From Macrostomum lignano (taxonomy: Eukaryota), in the NCBI GenBank assembly GCA_002269645.1, contig NIVC01002921.1:1-64000 (forward strand): a stretch of 64,000 bases of DNA, written 5' to 3'. Of this stretch, positions 28,581-42,956 are shown one piece after another (position 1 is the stretch's first letter; each line of letters opens with the position of its first letter). The position numbers and the translations under genes were made by a program. The notes beneath the pieces were generated by a model. That model ran no database searches. It saw only the letters and a program-made list of their open reading frames with translations, and had not been told where the DNA came from.

Positions 28581-29689
28581 CATGTGATGGTCGTGAAATT
28601 CTCAGTCCTTTAAATACAAATGATAGGTTTTAATAATATAGAGCAAAATTCGGTAATAAACTTTCTATTTTAGTGTAAATATAAGTACATTCTATCATTC
28701 TTACCCATCAGTACATGTTTATTGTTACGGAGCAACAGAGTTACAGAGAACTATATGCGATAAAGCCACTACATAGAAAACTAGGAAATCAGATACCAGC
28801 CTGCCAACAAGTGGGCTGAAAAGTTTTGGAAAAAAAGAAAAATGTGAAGCCAAATAATAGAAAAAACGGACACTACTTCATATCTGTAACTAGCAGCTCG
28901 TGAGCGGCAGAGTACACAGGGTTCCGCGGGACTTGCCGCATAGGAAATGTAATAGTAAATTTAATAGCCAAAGTTTAACTCTGAGTAATAAGCAGTCATA
29001 TCATAATGCACTATGCGTGTGTTACCCGGTTCTGATAGAAAAAGCACATAAAAAATCTAGCTAGAAGAAGAAAGAAAAGTGAGAGAGCGCACAGAAACAG
29101 TAAAAAGGCACTGCAGACAATCAACATGTCTGCTTAATATGGTAATAAAAAAATGTAATATATTAGCTCAACTGCTCTGTATTAGCCGTGTCTCAATAGT
29201 AAATAGCAATTATTATAAAACAAATTAGTAATATAGAAACAGGTCATAGCCTGCTTGTGGCCTGTGGATAATTGGTTTATATAGAAAGCTAGAGTTATTA
29301 TATATGAGTTCTAAGGTTAGAGAAAGCGGTTTGGAATGAGAATAACAGGGGATTTGACAGAAATCCATTATCAGGACAAAGCCATCAAAACATGGACGCA
29401 CTTGCACTGTGATGCAGCGAAGCTGTAGCTAGATTTAAGTAGCAGAGAATTTGTTTCAGAGTCGGATCGAATTTCATCACAAAAAAGAAATGCACAACAA
29501 AATATTTTTATTAGTGAGTTTGCAGTAAGATGCGCACATTAGCTACATGAGCGACAAAGAGAGGGCTTGTGGCTAGCTATTGATATTGGTGCCATTTGTA
29601 ACAGTCAACAGAAATAGTAAACATATCCTTTTGCTTAAATTTGATGCCCTGTACTCAAACTCAGCTCCCTTATTGTATTCAAATTTAAA

Positions 29690-30972
29690 TCCAGTGTCCC
29701 TATACTCAAATCCAGTGTCCCTATACTCAAATCCAGTGTCCCTATACTCAAATCCAGTGTCCCAATAGTCAAATCCCTATACTCAAATCCAGTGTCCCTA
29801 TACTCAAATCCAGTGTCCCAATAGTCAAATCCAGTGTCCCTATACTCAAATCCAGTGTCCCAATAGTCAAATCCCTATACTCAAATCCAGTGTCCCTATA
29901 CTCAAATCCAGTGTCCCAATAGTCAAATCCAATGTCCCTATACTCAAATCCAGTGTCCCAATAGTCAAATCCAGTGTCCCAATAGTCAAATCCAGTGTCC
30001 CTATACTCAAATCCCTATACTCAAATCCAGTGTCCCTATACTCAAATCCGCTGTCCCTATACTCAAATCCAGTGTCCCTATACTCAAATCCAGTGTCGCT
30101 ATACTCAAATCCAGTGTCCCTATACTCAAATCCAGTGTCCCTATACTCAAATCCAGTGCCCCTATACTCAAATCCAGTGTCCCTATACTCAAATCCCTAT
30201 ACTCAAATCCAGTGTCCCTATACTCAAATCCCTATACTCAAATCCAGTGTCCCTATACTCAAATCCAGTGTCCCTATACTCAAATCCAGTGTCCCTATCC
30301 TCAAATCCAGTGTCCCTATACTCAAATCCAGTGTCCCTATACTCAAATCCAGTGTCCCTATACTCAAATCCAGTGTCCCTATACTCAAATCCAGTGTCCC
30401 TATCCTCAAATCCAGTATCCCTATGCTCAAATCCAGTGTCCCTATCCTCAAATCCAGTGTCCCTATACTCAAATCCAGTGCCCCTCTACTCAAATCCAGT
30501 GTCCCTATACTCAAATCCAGTGTCCCTATACTCAAATCCAGTGTCCCTATACTCAAATCCAGTGTCCCTATACTCAAATCCAGTGTCCCTATACTCAAAT
30601 CCAGTGTCCCTATACTCAAATCCAGTGTCCCTATACTCAAATCTAGTGTCCCTATACTCAAATCCAGTGTCCCTATACTCAAATCCAGTGTCCCTATACT
30701 CAAATCCAGTGTCCCTATCCTCAAATCCAGTGTCCCTATACTCAAATCCAGTGTCCCTATACTCAAATCTAGTGTCCCTATACTCAAATCCAGTGTCCCT
30801 ATACTCAAATCCAGTGTCCCTATACTCAAATCCAGTGTCCCTATACTCAAATCCAGTGTCCCTATACTCAAATCCAGTGTCCCTATACTCAAATCCAGTG
30901 TCCCTATACTCAAATCCAGTGTCCCTATACTCAAATCCGGTGTCCCTATACTCAAATCCAGTGTCCCTATAC
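29690..30972. repeat. 21-bp minisatellite (CCCTATACTCAAATCCAGTGT)
   Basis: Period 21 with occasional 14-bp deletion units; explains ORFs 29995-31205. Confidence 0.97.
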
Positions 30973-31359
30973 TTGAACATCGGCACCCCATACAGCTGTA
31001 CTCAAACCCAGGTACTCCAACTAGCTTCAGTGGCACAAAGGTACCGAAGTCACAAGCGGACTTAATATCACTGTTTACAGAACATTATGAAGAAAACAAC
31101 TCTAATTGTATAATAAGCAGTTCAAAAATAATTATGCAAAAGATATCAAAGCCAGAGCAAATGTATACAGGTGAAGGTCAGCGCGTTCGCCCTCCGACTA
31201 ATTAGTTAGTGTTATTAAAGTTTAATAATGCCCACATAAAAAAATTAATTAACTAACTAAACACGGAACCGCAATATAAAAGTGCAATGAAAAGTTTTAC
31301 CTTGCATAATCATCATCACCAAATTATAATCGTGTTTAGTTGATGTTTTGAGAATAGGC

Positions 31360-32936
31360 TCAAATGTTGAGCTGGTCAGATTTGCCGTTGGCACCAGCGG
31401 CCGCGGCGGCGGCGGCGGCCTCAGCCTCGCGGCGGAGACGCTCCTCGCGCATCTTCACCATGGTGTAGGAGAAGGCGCCGGCCACCACCAGGCAGTTGCT
31501 CAGCCACCAGATGGCCGACTTGTGCTCGGAATAGACGAACACGGCCAGCAGGGTCTGCAGCACGGCCTTGGTGTTGTTGCTGATGTGGTGCGTGACCGGG
31601 CTGGTGTAATCAATCTGCATGTTCGAGGCCCAGCCAATGAGGAAGCTGAGCACCCCAGACGAGGCCAGCAGCAGCAGGAATGAGAAGTCGGTGCCGCGGG
31701 AGCTGTAAGCGGCCGAGAATTGTCCGAAACAGATTAGCAACGGCATGAATAGAATCGAGCCGCCAATGTTCATGTAGTAGGTGACGGCCAGGGCCTGGTT
31801 CTTTGAGATCATGTCCAGCAGGCGCTTCGTGAAGATGCCGTTGAGCGACACGAACAGCGAGGTCGACACGCCGTACATGATGCCAACAGTGGACAGGGTG
31901 CCGGCCACTTTCTCTTGATCGACGCCGAGGACGAAGCCGGCGGCCACAATCAGGCAGCAGAGCCACACGGGCAGGGAGGAGACCCGGCGCAGCAGGATTG
32001 ACGAGAAAATCACCGTGAAAATCAGCGTCATGGACCGGGCCACCTGCGGGGACGAGACAGCTTAGTTTGATGGTTCTGCCACACAGCTGCACTAACATTA
32101 ATAGGATAATCTCAGCCCCACAGAATATAAACACAATAATCTCAGCCACACAGAATATAAACACAAGAATCTCAGCCACACAGAATATAAACACAAGAAT
32201 CTCAGCCCCACAGAATATAAACATAAGAATCTCAGTCACACAGAATATAAACACAAGAATCTCAGCCACACAGAATACAAACACAAGAATCTCAGCCCCA
32301 CAGAATATAAACACAAGAATCTCAGTCACACAGAATATAAACTCAAGAATCTCAGTCACACAGAATATAAACACAAGAATCTCAGCCACACAGAATATAA
32401 ACACAAGAATCTCAGCCACACAGAATATAAACACAAGAATCTCAACATAACAGTAAGAATCGAACCCCCGACCTTCAAGTCGTGAGTCCGACGCTCTGAC
32501 CACGAGGCTACAACCCACAGTACAACACAGGTGATAACGCCAGCAGAACAGTGCAGTCAGAAAAGAATCTCACCTGGAAGAAGGCGACGCCCACATACTT
32601 CAAGCAGAGATTATTAAAGGTGAGCATGCCGGTGAACATGCAGGACAGCAACAGGAAATCTCTGTTCATCAGAATCTCCCTAGACAGTGGCGGCAGCTCA
32701 ATGTCGTGGCCGAGAACCAGACGCCGAAATGCCACAAGCGCCACGACCACTAGCACGGTGGACACACACTGGGCCCAGGCTACAAACAGGGACACGTCCA
32801 GCTTATTGGACAGTTTATCTCCGACCAGATATTTGTTGGCGAACACCATGGAGATGGACACTGTCCAGTAGGTAAGGATGACGCCAACTATTTTTATTGG
32901 CGGATGCGACTTTTCACTTGGCATGGCAGTGGGCAT
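31360..32936 (-). CDS. SLC35C1: GDP-fucose transporter 1 (about 348 aa, 2 exons)
   Basis: Exons 32936-32574 and 32043-31360 (CAG|gtgag...cag|GTG, phase 0). Motifs YWTVSISMVFANKYL, FNNLCLKYVGVAFFQVARSMTLIF, GFVLGVDQE, QIDYTSPVTHHISNNTKAVLQT are typical of SLC35C1. Confidence 0.9.
32095..32445. repeat. 30-bp minisatellite in the SLC35C1 intron
   Basis: Unit AGAATCTCAGCCACACAGAATATAAACACA. Confidence 0.95.
32446..32517 (-). mobile_element. tRNA-derived SINE-like head directly upstream of the 30-bp array
   Basis: Minus strand GGGTTGTAGCCTCGTGGTCAGAGCG...GGTTCGATTCT has an A-box and a B-box; anticodon and acceptor stems do not pair well. Confidence 0.55.
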
Positions 32937-33879
32937 GAATTCATTGATTAACACTATGATTAACAAATATGCTTAACAATATGTGACACTAATCTTACTA
33001 AAAATATAAATTTCGCTTAAGATTATCAAGACAATAATCTGCTTATGGAATTATCCTAATATCAGAGCTTAAGTCGCCCTAATGAATTCAAGCAGGGAAC
33101 AAGGACAACTAAAACAATTTATATATAGGATACGACACTCATGTTTCGTGAAAAAGTTTTGAAGGCCACTTTCAAAGAAGAATCTGTATGTCAGTTCTGA
33201 AGGCCATTAAATTTGTAATGCTGTCTTTGCTATGCTTAAGCAGTAAATCCTGAGCACAGGCTAAACTGGACACTTTGAAGCTGAGCTACCAGAGCCTGCA
33301 TACAATTTCTGGACAGAGCCATAGTGGATAAAGCATTCAAACGCTGAGGTTGCCTGCATGTACTACCTACAATACACAGAAAGCTACACCAGAGGGCTGG
33401 TCCACATGCAGGCTACAATGGAGCAGCTAGAGTACTTAGCTGAACACTTTGACCCAATCTGTAAGCTAGTACCAATCAATGGGCTACTTATATATATCGG
33501 CACAAAATACAAATAATCTATGGCAGGTACACGCAGAGATCCTGATAATAATTATATTATCTTTTAATAGCAAATTGCATTTTAAAACATACCTATAATC
33601 TTTTGGAACAGATTATTATCTACAACTGCTGCCTTGTATACATTTTAGTGTTTATTAATTAATGAGAATTGAATATGTCACACTTGCCTATGCATACTAT
33701 TGTGCGATTGTGCCCTTTTTTGCCTCGTGCTCCATCCCAACCCTTTCAGTCTGCCCACCCTTCCATTTTTCTCAATAATCAATGCATACACTGATCACCA
33801 CGTCATACCACCCCCCCCCTTTTAGAACATACCATACATTTGTTCTAAAAGTATTCATGTACTTGTAGGTCAGATAATA

Positions 33880-34990
33880 AATATAATGAATTTGCTGTTT
33901 AGTAGGCAGCTGCAGCCTTGCATTCTCTTGGTCCTATCGTTGGCTACTTCAAAACAAACTTACTTGCCTAAAAGCTTGTGAGTTCTGTTCTGTCTTTTTC
34001 TTGCTTTTCCTTAGGGCGCGAGATGGGAGCTTTAACTGACTGGGGACCTGGGGTTGCAGCTTCCCAACTGGGTTCAGCTGTAGGCGTCACTCTGGAAGAT
34101 ACGGGACACAACAACTGCCAACTGGTGTCATGACCAGGATTCCAGTTAGGGTTTCTATTAGATTTTCATCTGTGTTGTCTGGGGTAGTGCATTAGTGAAT
34201 TAGTGATTTATAGTGTGTTAGTGAATTAGTTTTGTGCAAGCAATCACGGCCAATTTAGATGATCTTATTGGTGCTTTGATAGTGAGAATCCAGGAGCAGT
34301 TAAATGTGGGTCAAAACATTCCATATCCAAATAAGTATTTGCCAACTCAAGATTTTGCTTTGTGAATGCAACAATTTTACCACATACTGCAAGGCCACTC
34401 AGATCCCTGAGGATCAATGGAAGTAGAACTTGCTGAGTTTGTTGGATTTTGGCACAACTTTTAAAGCAGTGGCCAATCTTGAGCTGGATAATGACTTGGG
34501 ATATGCAGTATTTGTGGAGCAGCTGGAGGCTTGCTTCAGTCAGAATTGCACATCCTAGGACTACAAGACAGAGTTTCAGAACCAGAGTCAGAAAGATAGA
34601 GAAGCCCTAGAGGACTACGCTGATGCTTTTAAAGAGCTTATGTGTAGGGCATATCTGGCTCTGCCAATAAAGCAGAGGGACAAATTAGCAAAAGACTGAT
34701 TCTTGAAAGGGGATTTGAGTTCTAGACAGGGTGCTTGAGAATGTCTTGCTATAGGACCCTGACATATTACAGGCTGTGATCCAGCGAGTGTGCCAAACTC
34801 TCATATTGATGAAACTGCTGGAGGGAAAGTGGTCAGTCCATGTGGTAAACAGTCAGGTGGCAGCTGCTACAGCGGATAGTGAGACAGTGCACATGGCTAT
34901 AGAGATTATCAGCTTGAAGGCAAAGCTCACTCAGCTAAAGCAAAAAGGGGCATCAGCCTTGGGGGGTATAGCCAAATCTACTAAATCCTC
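33880..34990 (+). mobile_element. Degenerate Gypsy-type LTR retrotransposon relic (PBS-like site and gag)
   Basis: TGGTGTCA PBS-like motif at 34123-34130; 34562-34715 translates YKTEFQNQSQKDREALEDYADAFKELMCRAYLALPIKQRDKLAKD*FLKG, which is retrotransposon gag-like and contains a stop. Confidence 0.55.
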
Positions 34991-37900
34991 TCATGGAGGA
35001 TAGGGTACACAACAATACACTCTCATTTTTTATATTTAGCCTAATAATTGCCAACATAATATATTACACTTGCAGCAAAGTTAAGTTAAGTTAATATTAC
35101 ACTTAAAACCAATAGCCTAAACTATAAGGCGACATTATTTCATTTGATATTTGCTCGTATTAGAAATTTTGATAAAATTCCTATTTACTGACTATTGTCT
35201 TACATTTTTGAATAGGTTGGCTTGCCTTTGTATCTTACCCTAGTAACTGGATATGCTAAAATGTTTCTTTTATTTTAGAACGTTTATTCTTGCTTTAAGA
35301 CACTAATGACTAGGGCCTAGGCCTAATTATAGCAAAAAACAAAAGTTTTCTTGTCTCCTTAGACAATTTATAATTTTAAGTATAAGCTTAACTTTTATAG
35401 ATGTTTTTGTTAAAGTTTTGGCTATTTTAGCTATATTAGATTTATTATTAATTATTAATAAGTCGGCAATCCTTCAGTTTATAATCACCATCTATATTGC
35501 AAGTTTTGGTTTACAATCACCTATTTTGCTAGTTACAGTTTACAATCACCTATTTTGCCAGTTTTGGTTTACGATCACCTTATATTTTGCTTACTGCAGT
35601 GCAAAAATGGCATGTTCAAAACTAAGACATAAAAACCAACAGTAGTAATTCAAATGAAAAGAAAGCAAAAGTTGACTGATCAACTAACTCTGTTTATTTG
35701 AAAATGAAAAGATTTTACATTGGTTCACTAGTAGCTTATATATATCACCTTCAGTTTATAATCATCTGAAGCTGGCTATAGGAAAGCATGTCAACCCTAG
35801 CTTAGTATAATTAATCTTCAGCGCTGCACCCCATCTCACATTTTTTGAAATAAACAAAGTCAATTCACCAACATTTGATTTTGTTTCATTGGAAACTATG
35901 GATTTTATGACTTACAACTGTTTTTTTGTTGTGATCATCACTGTTTAAGGTGATCGTCACTGTTTGGAATGATCATAAACTGAAGGAATGCCAATAAGTC
36001 AACATATGATAAAATTATTTATTAAGTCAAGTCTTTAGGATAAAGATTTTGATTAAACTTTGACTTAAAAACTCTAAGTTTGAGCCTAGGTTAGGGGGTC
36101 CAGTAAGAAATTTTTTTTGAAACTCAAATTTTTAACTATGCCATGTTGCAGCCCTGGATGTTATAAGTGAAATGACACCAGACTTTTGAAAATTGATCAA
36201 ATAATGAAAAAGTTATGAAGTTTTTCGTTTAAAAAATGGTGTTTTTTCTATCTCAAATACATTAAAAACTGTGCCATTTTTAGGCAAAAAAGCATGTTTT
36301 TTTGCAGTTTTTTTTGCAGTAAAATATCTGTAACTTTTTTACTTCATAACCAATTTTAGTGTTTTAGGTGTTATTTCGTAGATTTTTGTTACCATAACAT
36401 TTTCTAATATTTTTGTACATATATACTGTTCTATATAAGTAGTTATCTGGGGATTAAGACAGAAAAGGGGAAGAACATTTTTTTCTAGAGTACTACTTTT
36501 TGGCTTTATCATGGTATTCTTTCTATTAACCTTATTTTGTATTACTTTCATGTTAAAATAATACTTGTATACTATAATTAGTAAGATTTTTGACTTTCTA
36601 CTGTAAGTAGTATGCAAAAAGTTGACCAGGCCCATTATTTCCATGAAAATGGGTCTTCTAAAGTACCACTCTGGTTGTCTAAAAATCAATGTAGCTCCTG
36701 ACAATCTTAATCTTCTATCTTCATGCTGAAGTCATTAAAAACTTTTTTGTAGTCTGTCTGACAATTGTAATGAATCAATGCTTTACTAAGTAATATGTTA
36801 CTAAATTATGTACTTTCATGTTTGAAAAGGCCATGCCCGAATTTAGCAATTAAATCTACCTTTACAGTTTACCTGAATTATTTGATTCATTTACTTGTTC
36901 ACTGTGTCGACTTTTCAGCACAATAGCTTTCCGTTGTAATCCAGTCAATTTGTCAATTTTGTCAATTTGTTGTGTAACACACTTGACTCAACACACTTGC
37001 TGCTGCAGCCTTGAATGCTTAACTAATTTTTGGAGGTCTTTTTAGGCTAGGCTAGGCCACTAGGATCGACCTTCAGGCAAATAAAAAATTAATATTTATG
37101 CTAAAGCTAAATGCTAAAAAATACATTCCAAAATCTCATTGAAGTCCCTAATCAAATGCGTTGCATATTTGGCAAGAAAATAGGCCTAAGTGAGGCTAAG
37201 CACACTTGAAATTCTCTCAAAAACAGCACTGCTAAAAATAATATGGCAATAGCAATAGGCTGATACTGATAGGCAATACCCACAATCATGGACCACACTC
37301 ACAGTCACTCATACCTGACAATGCAATGAATTAAATTAAATAAAAAATGTAGATAACAAAGAGTTTAGCGATCAGTGCATGTTAGACTGGTAATTCTTTC
37401 ACTTATATTTATAGGATGGACGTAAGGCTAGTCCAATGACGAATGAATATTTCTCATCTGTAAACACATGATAAATAGCAACAACAACCGACGGTCTGTA
37501 AGACAAAAGCAGCACTTTAACAAATAAATACATATGCGCTGCATCAAAATTTGTTGCAATATATTACTATGCCGAATAAAAAGAATAAAAGACGTAGTTC
37601 TGCTGTAAGTTAAAAAAACTAAATTTTATTTTTTGTTATTTAAAACGACATATTCCCTAGAACACTAATTATAGCCGTTGAAGCACACAAAATATAGGTT
37701 TAATAATTGGACCTGCTTGTGCTTCATGTATCATTTTGATAAAAAACATGATACCATGCGCACCATTTTGTGGGCTGGATTTTTTTTCGTAAAAAGAGTA
37801 TAAAAACTTTTATTTAACTTTTGGCATCCAAGGTGAACTTATTCAAGCTTGATACCAAAAATGACAATTGACATATAATTTAACTTTAGGCCTAGATATG

Positions 37901-38955
37901 AATTATCAGAAACAAGACTGTCTTATGTCAATAATTAACAACAGACATAAACAAAAAATTTATGGTATCTAAATTTTCAGAACTTATTACTAATGACAAT
38001 GTTAGGCCTAGTCGATTTTAAAATTTATATGCAACCATTTTGTTTGCCACTTGATTGCAGCCAAGAAAATGACTTCTTTGAAAATGAGAAATAAAATGTT
38101 TTACATATTGTGAAGCCATATTTTATAAGCTATTGCAAGTCATGTAAAATTTAAAATTCCAATGAGATGTCATTTATGTAGAATATAATTTTTAACAAGG
38201 CTCATTAAAAATGAGTGGCTAATGAATGGCTCTAATGAATGGCTTTAATATATTAATAATTAATTTTTTATAATTTTTAATAAGGCTCAATATGCCTATT
38301 TTTAACTCTATAAGAAAAAGTGACATTTTTATAGACAGCCACCCAATGCACTTTAAAAAGTGTTATTGCACTTGATACAAATACAATCCACTTTGGTAAT
38401 AACCACTTTGGTAAAAAATGACCATTTTGTATATTTTGATAATCGCCATTTTGGTAATTGCCACTTTGGTAGGCCTAAAAAAGCAGATTTATGACTGTCA
38501 CCACTATATATTTTTTATAATTAACTTAAACTATGATTAGGCCACATTAAACTTTTTTTGCTATCTATGAGAAAATGTCGAAAAATGACACTTTCATGTT
38601 CGGTTGATGAGATCTTACCCTAGTTAAATAATTAATATCTTAAATATATTATTTTGTAAATGGTTTAATTTTCTTATTAAAGTGTATTAAAATTTATTTA
38701 AAATAGTGCATTTACTTTGAGAAAATTTTGAAGGCAAAGAAAATTAAGCAAAGTGCATTCTAAAAATTAAAATTGTATAAGTAATTGACAAAGAGAAAAG
38801 TAGATTCTGTAATTTCAAGTTGCTAACTTAGAGATTTTAATGTATACAATATTTGGTCTTTGATGTATATATCTAGTATATTTGGAAATAAAAAAAGATC
38901 AAAAAAATCAAAATCTCTTGAAGTATATATGAATATATTTTAATTTTTTTTGTCT

Positions 38956-39031
38956 TTTTTCCTTTAAGTTTATTTTTACATTTTTTGGAGCATATCAATC
39001 AATATATATATATATATATATACTACCCTAT

Positions 39032-39069
<38 letters not shown>

Positions 39070-39170
39070 TACCCTATCAATATATATATATATATTATAT
39101 ATATATACTACCCTATCAATATATATATATATATTGATTGATATGCTCCAAAAATGTAAAAATAAACTTA
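38956..39170. repeat. Inverted repeat enclosing (TA)n microsatellite blocks
   Basis: GTTTATTTTTACATTTTTTGGAGCATATCAATCAA versus TTGATTGATATGCTCCAAAAATGTAAAAATAAAC; the loop is (TA)n with CTACCCTATCAA spacers. Confidence 0.85.
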
Positions 39171-39992
39171 ACTTTAAAATAAGTTTAAATAGCTATATAT
39201 ATTGCTATTCTTACTTATTACCAAAGAGGCTATTATCAAAATGGCTGTTATCAAATTGGTCATGGTTTGTTACCAGTGGCTATTAGGGGCCTACTAAAGT
39301 GGCTATTACCAAAGTGGACTATTACCACTTAGTGTGCTATGCCTTTCCAATGCAACATGACATCTAAAGGGGCTAAAGGATGGAATGCTAGAAGGGCTAG
39401 CTATAGGGTAGTTTGCCAGGGGGATAGCATACTAAAAAGGTAGGTGGCAATCCTCTAGTTTAACAATGGAACAATGGAAAATTTGTTAAACTAGAGCCTA
39501 CTAAACAGAAAGGACTTCAGGTATCATAGTAATTTACCACCTAGAAAAGGATAGTTTTATATAGCTGGCAATAGCACAAAGAAACTCATCAAGCTATGTA
39601 TCAAATAGGACCTTATATACCAGAGTTGCCAAAGTTGCTAAGGTCTGCTGCAGGTTATATATATCTATGATGGGAATTATACTAGTGGGTACTATAAGGT
39701 ATTTAGCCATGACTGCATAAAAAGAGTTATTGCTTAACATTGATAAAAAGCAAGCAAGCCAAGAAATCTCTCAAAATCCTATCCCTCCTATCCCAATTCC
39801 TTTTCAAAAAACAGTGAGTGATTGCAGGTTTTGGCCATAAAGATAACAAATAGCTAACTCAAACTAGTAGACAGAGATAAAATTGATATATTGCCATATC
39901 TTTAACTTGCATAAGTTTAAATATTTTATTTGTAATAACTAAAGAAGTTTTTATTATTTGTAAAATAATAAAACATTCAAAACTAGAAGATT

Positions 39993-41379
39993 ACTTACTT
40001 ACTTACTACCGATGGGGGGCAGAGCGCCGCAAACAGGCCGCGAGGCCCCTATTGCAACCCCAAGCTAAACAGAAACAGAAAGGCGTTAGCCTTGGGGCTG
40101 CGCCCATCCCTCGCCGGCAGAAGAGCTCGCAAGAGTGGCATCTGCAATCTTCATCTGCCTAGAATCCCGAACGAATGCACGTAGATCACGGATACGGTCC
40201 GGAGTGGTGAGCTCGTCAAGCCTTAGCGGGTGACCGAGGTGATGCCTCCGCGCCTCGTTGAAGTGCGGGCAGAAAGTGACGTGGTGCGTCGAGGTTTCCT
40301 CCTCTAAATCACAGAATGGGCAGATAGGAGAGCAGCCACTTTGCAGTGAAATATGTCTCTGGAAGAAGCCATGGCCAGTAATGACCATGCACATCTCCCT
40401 CAGGTCAGTTTTACTTAAGGAGATAAGATATTCGGATACTTTCCAGTTAATGGCAGGCATAGCCTTTCGTGCTTGCCGGTATTCGGAGCAGCTGTCCCAG
40501 TGAGTCTGATGCTGGCAGTTCAGCCAATCTTGAATGGCGCGGTTGATTGATGACTTCGGAGAAGGTAACTTGACTGAGCGTTGCGCTCCATCAGGGGTGC
40601 AACCCCGCTTGGCAAGCTGATCCACAAGCTCGTTGCCGAGGATGTTGCTATGGCCTGGTGTCCAGATAACATTGATCCTGTTGAGAATCGCTAGGGTCTG
40701 CAAGCTTTTGAGGCATTCTGAGACTGACTTGGTTGAGAGCTTGATAGAAGACAAGGCCTTAATAGCGGCCTGGCTGTCAGAGTAAAAATAAATGTCAAAG
40801 CTGCTGATGCCAGCTTTGTGCAAATGCTCAGCGCACTGGTTGATAGCTACAACTTCGGATTGAAAAACCGAGACATTCTCACCAAGATGAAGACTCTCTT
40901 GTAAGATCGCTTCACCCTTGTGGAAAATGGCAATGCCCGCACCAGCGAGACTGTCACGCAGGGATCCGTCAGTGAAGCAGTGAATACCCTGGCTTCTCCG
41001 GTTGATGCCCACATCCAGCGGGTGACTTCCTCTCAGTGGAAGAGTACACTTGAAGCCCCTCCTGAGGATGAGAGTGGGGGATCTGCAGTCCACCTCGTCT
41101 AAATTGAGGTGGATGCGTTGAAGATTGCGACGGATATAGTCCAAATGTGGGAAAAGAGTCTTCTCAGGCATGAAGCCCGAGGGCGTGTTAGCAATAAATT
41201 TATCACAGATGAGACACGCGGCGCCCTTCATCGCCTCAGCTCTAATGAACAAATGCAGCGGAGGCATGCTGAGGATGGTGTTGAGCCCCTCGTAAGGGGT
41301 GGATAGATACACACTGGTGATGGCTCGGCAGATGCTACCCTGCAGCTGGTACAACCGGTCCCGTACAGTCTTCAACTCC
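39993..41379 (-). mobile_element. 5'-truncated non-LTR retrotransposon (RNase H + CCHC; LOA/R1-like)
   Basis: Open frame 40086-41381 with RT C-terminal region, RNase H ([34 protein letters not shown]) and zinc knuckle (CPFC...[10 protein letters not shown]). 3' tail (TAAG)n at 39993-40006; 12-bp TSD AACTAGAAGATT at 39981-39992 and 41380-41391. Confidence 0.9.
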
Positions 41380-41968
41380 AACTAGAAGATTGCTAGATAG
41401 GCTAATATATGCTTGAAGGGTGACAAGCAGAAGTAACAGCATGTTGAAGGGTAGTGCACTTATGCTGTCCCTCTGGCTGAACCAAATTACCAAAGTCTTT
41501 TATTACCTATATAGCATTGTAAAGCAGCCAATTTATCTTTTATAGGTTTCTTTGTTTGTTAGTATCTATGCTTTTTAGGCCTTTTGAGCATATTTATAAT
41601 TATATTTATAGCTTGCTTTTTTATGCCTAAATATAAAGTAAAGCTATGGCTTATTTCATTAAATTCATTTGATGGATAAAATTGTATATCTAAAGCTGAG
41701 TGGATTGATCAATCAGTCAATTGGCCAGGTTTAATGCATATCTCTTCCTAGATGGCTGCCAATTCAAATGCGGGACTTATATGAATTTTGTGTTATAATA
41801 TTCTTTGTAGCCATGGCTAATATTGGCTAATGAAAATTTATGATTTAGCTTAGGCTATAATAATATAATCATAAGTGATTTTGTCTAGGCCTATCTTTGG
41901 TTTTTATTGTTTTTTTGTTTCATTTTTTATCTATTTAAACTGTAATCCCACCAACTTCATGGTTTGAA

Positions 41969-42792
41969 ATGCCCTTTGCCCCGGCCACGGGCACTGGCGC
42001 TGGCTTCCAGCAGCAGCAACTGTCTATAAGCAGCTGGAAGCTCACCGTCGCCCTATGCTCATTGGCTAACTTCATCAACTCGGCTGATCGAGTCATAATG
42101 CCCATCACTATTATTCAGATGGCGGACGCCTATAAGTGGAGCTTGCACGACCAAGGCGTCATCCTGTCAGCCTTCTCAGTTGGCTACCTGGCGTCCATGC
42201 TGGCAGGCGGGTCCGCTGCCCGTCAGTACGGCGGCAAACTGGTGCTGACTGTGGCCGTTTTTCTCTGGTCTTTGTCAACGTTTTTAGCGCCATTGTGTGC
42301 CAATTGGTTCGGCGCCCTGGTGCTCTGCCGGGTGCTGCTGGGCATCGGCGAGGGCCTCGGCCTGCCGTCAATATTTCATCTGTTTGCCCTGCGCGTGCCC
42401 GCCGAGATGCGGTCTACGGCCTTCGGCTACTTGGTGGCATTCGGCTCCGCTGGGCAGACCATCGCCGCGCTGGCCTGTCCGCATCTGCCCTGGCAGCTGT
42501 CGTTTTACAGCTTCGGCTGCGCCGGTCTGCTCTGGTCGCTGGTCTGGCTGCTGCTGTACAGGGAGGCAGCTGCCGTGCCGCCTCTGCAGCAGCGGTCCTT
42601 CCAGCAACTGGCTGAGCAACAGTCGGCTGGCGAGTCCGGCTTGAACGGTTTTGAATCAAAGGTTTGTTAGTTAATTAGTTAGTTGGTTGATTGGTTAGTT
42701 AGTTAGCTAGTTAATTAGTTAGTTAGTTAGTTAGTTAGTTGATTGGTTAATTAGTTAGTTGATTGGTTAGTTAGTTAGTTAGTTAATTAGTA

Positions 42793-42828
<36 letters not shown>

Positions 42829-42854
42829 GATTGGTTAGTTAGTTAGTTAGTCAA

Positions 42855-42892
<38 letters not shown>

Positions 42893-42918
42893 GATTGGTT
42901 AGTTAGTTAGTTAGTTAA

Positions 42919-42956
<38 letters not shown>

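Noticed and set aside
32446-32517. Functional tRNA genes here and at about 6100, 46430-46485 and 53240
   Set aside because: A/B boxes are present, but acceptor and anticodon stems do not pair; these fit SINE heads better.
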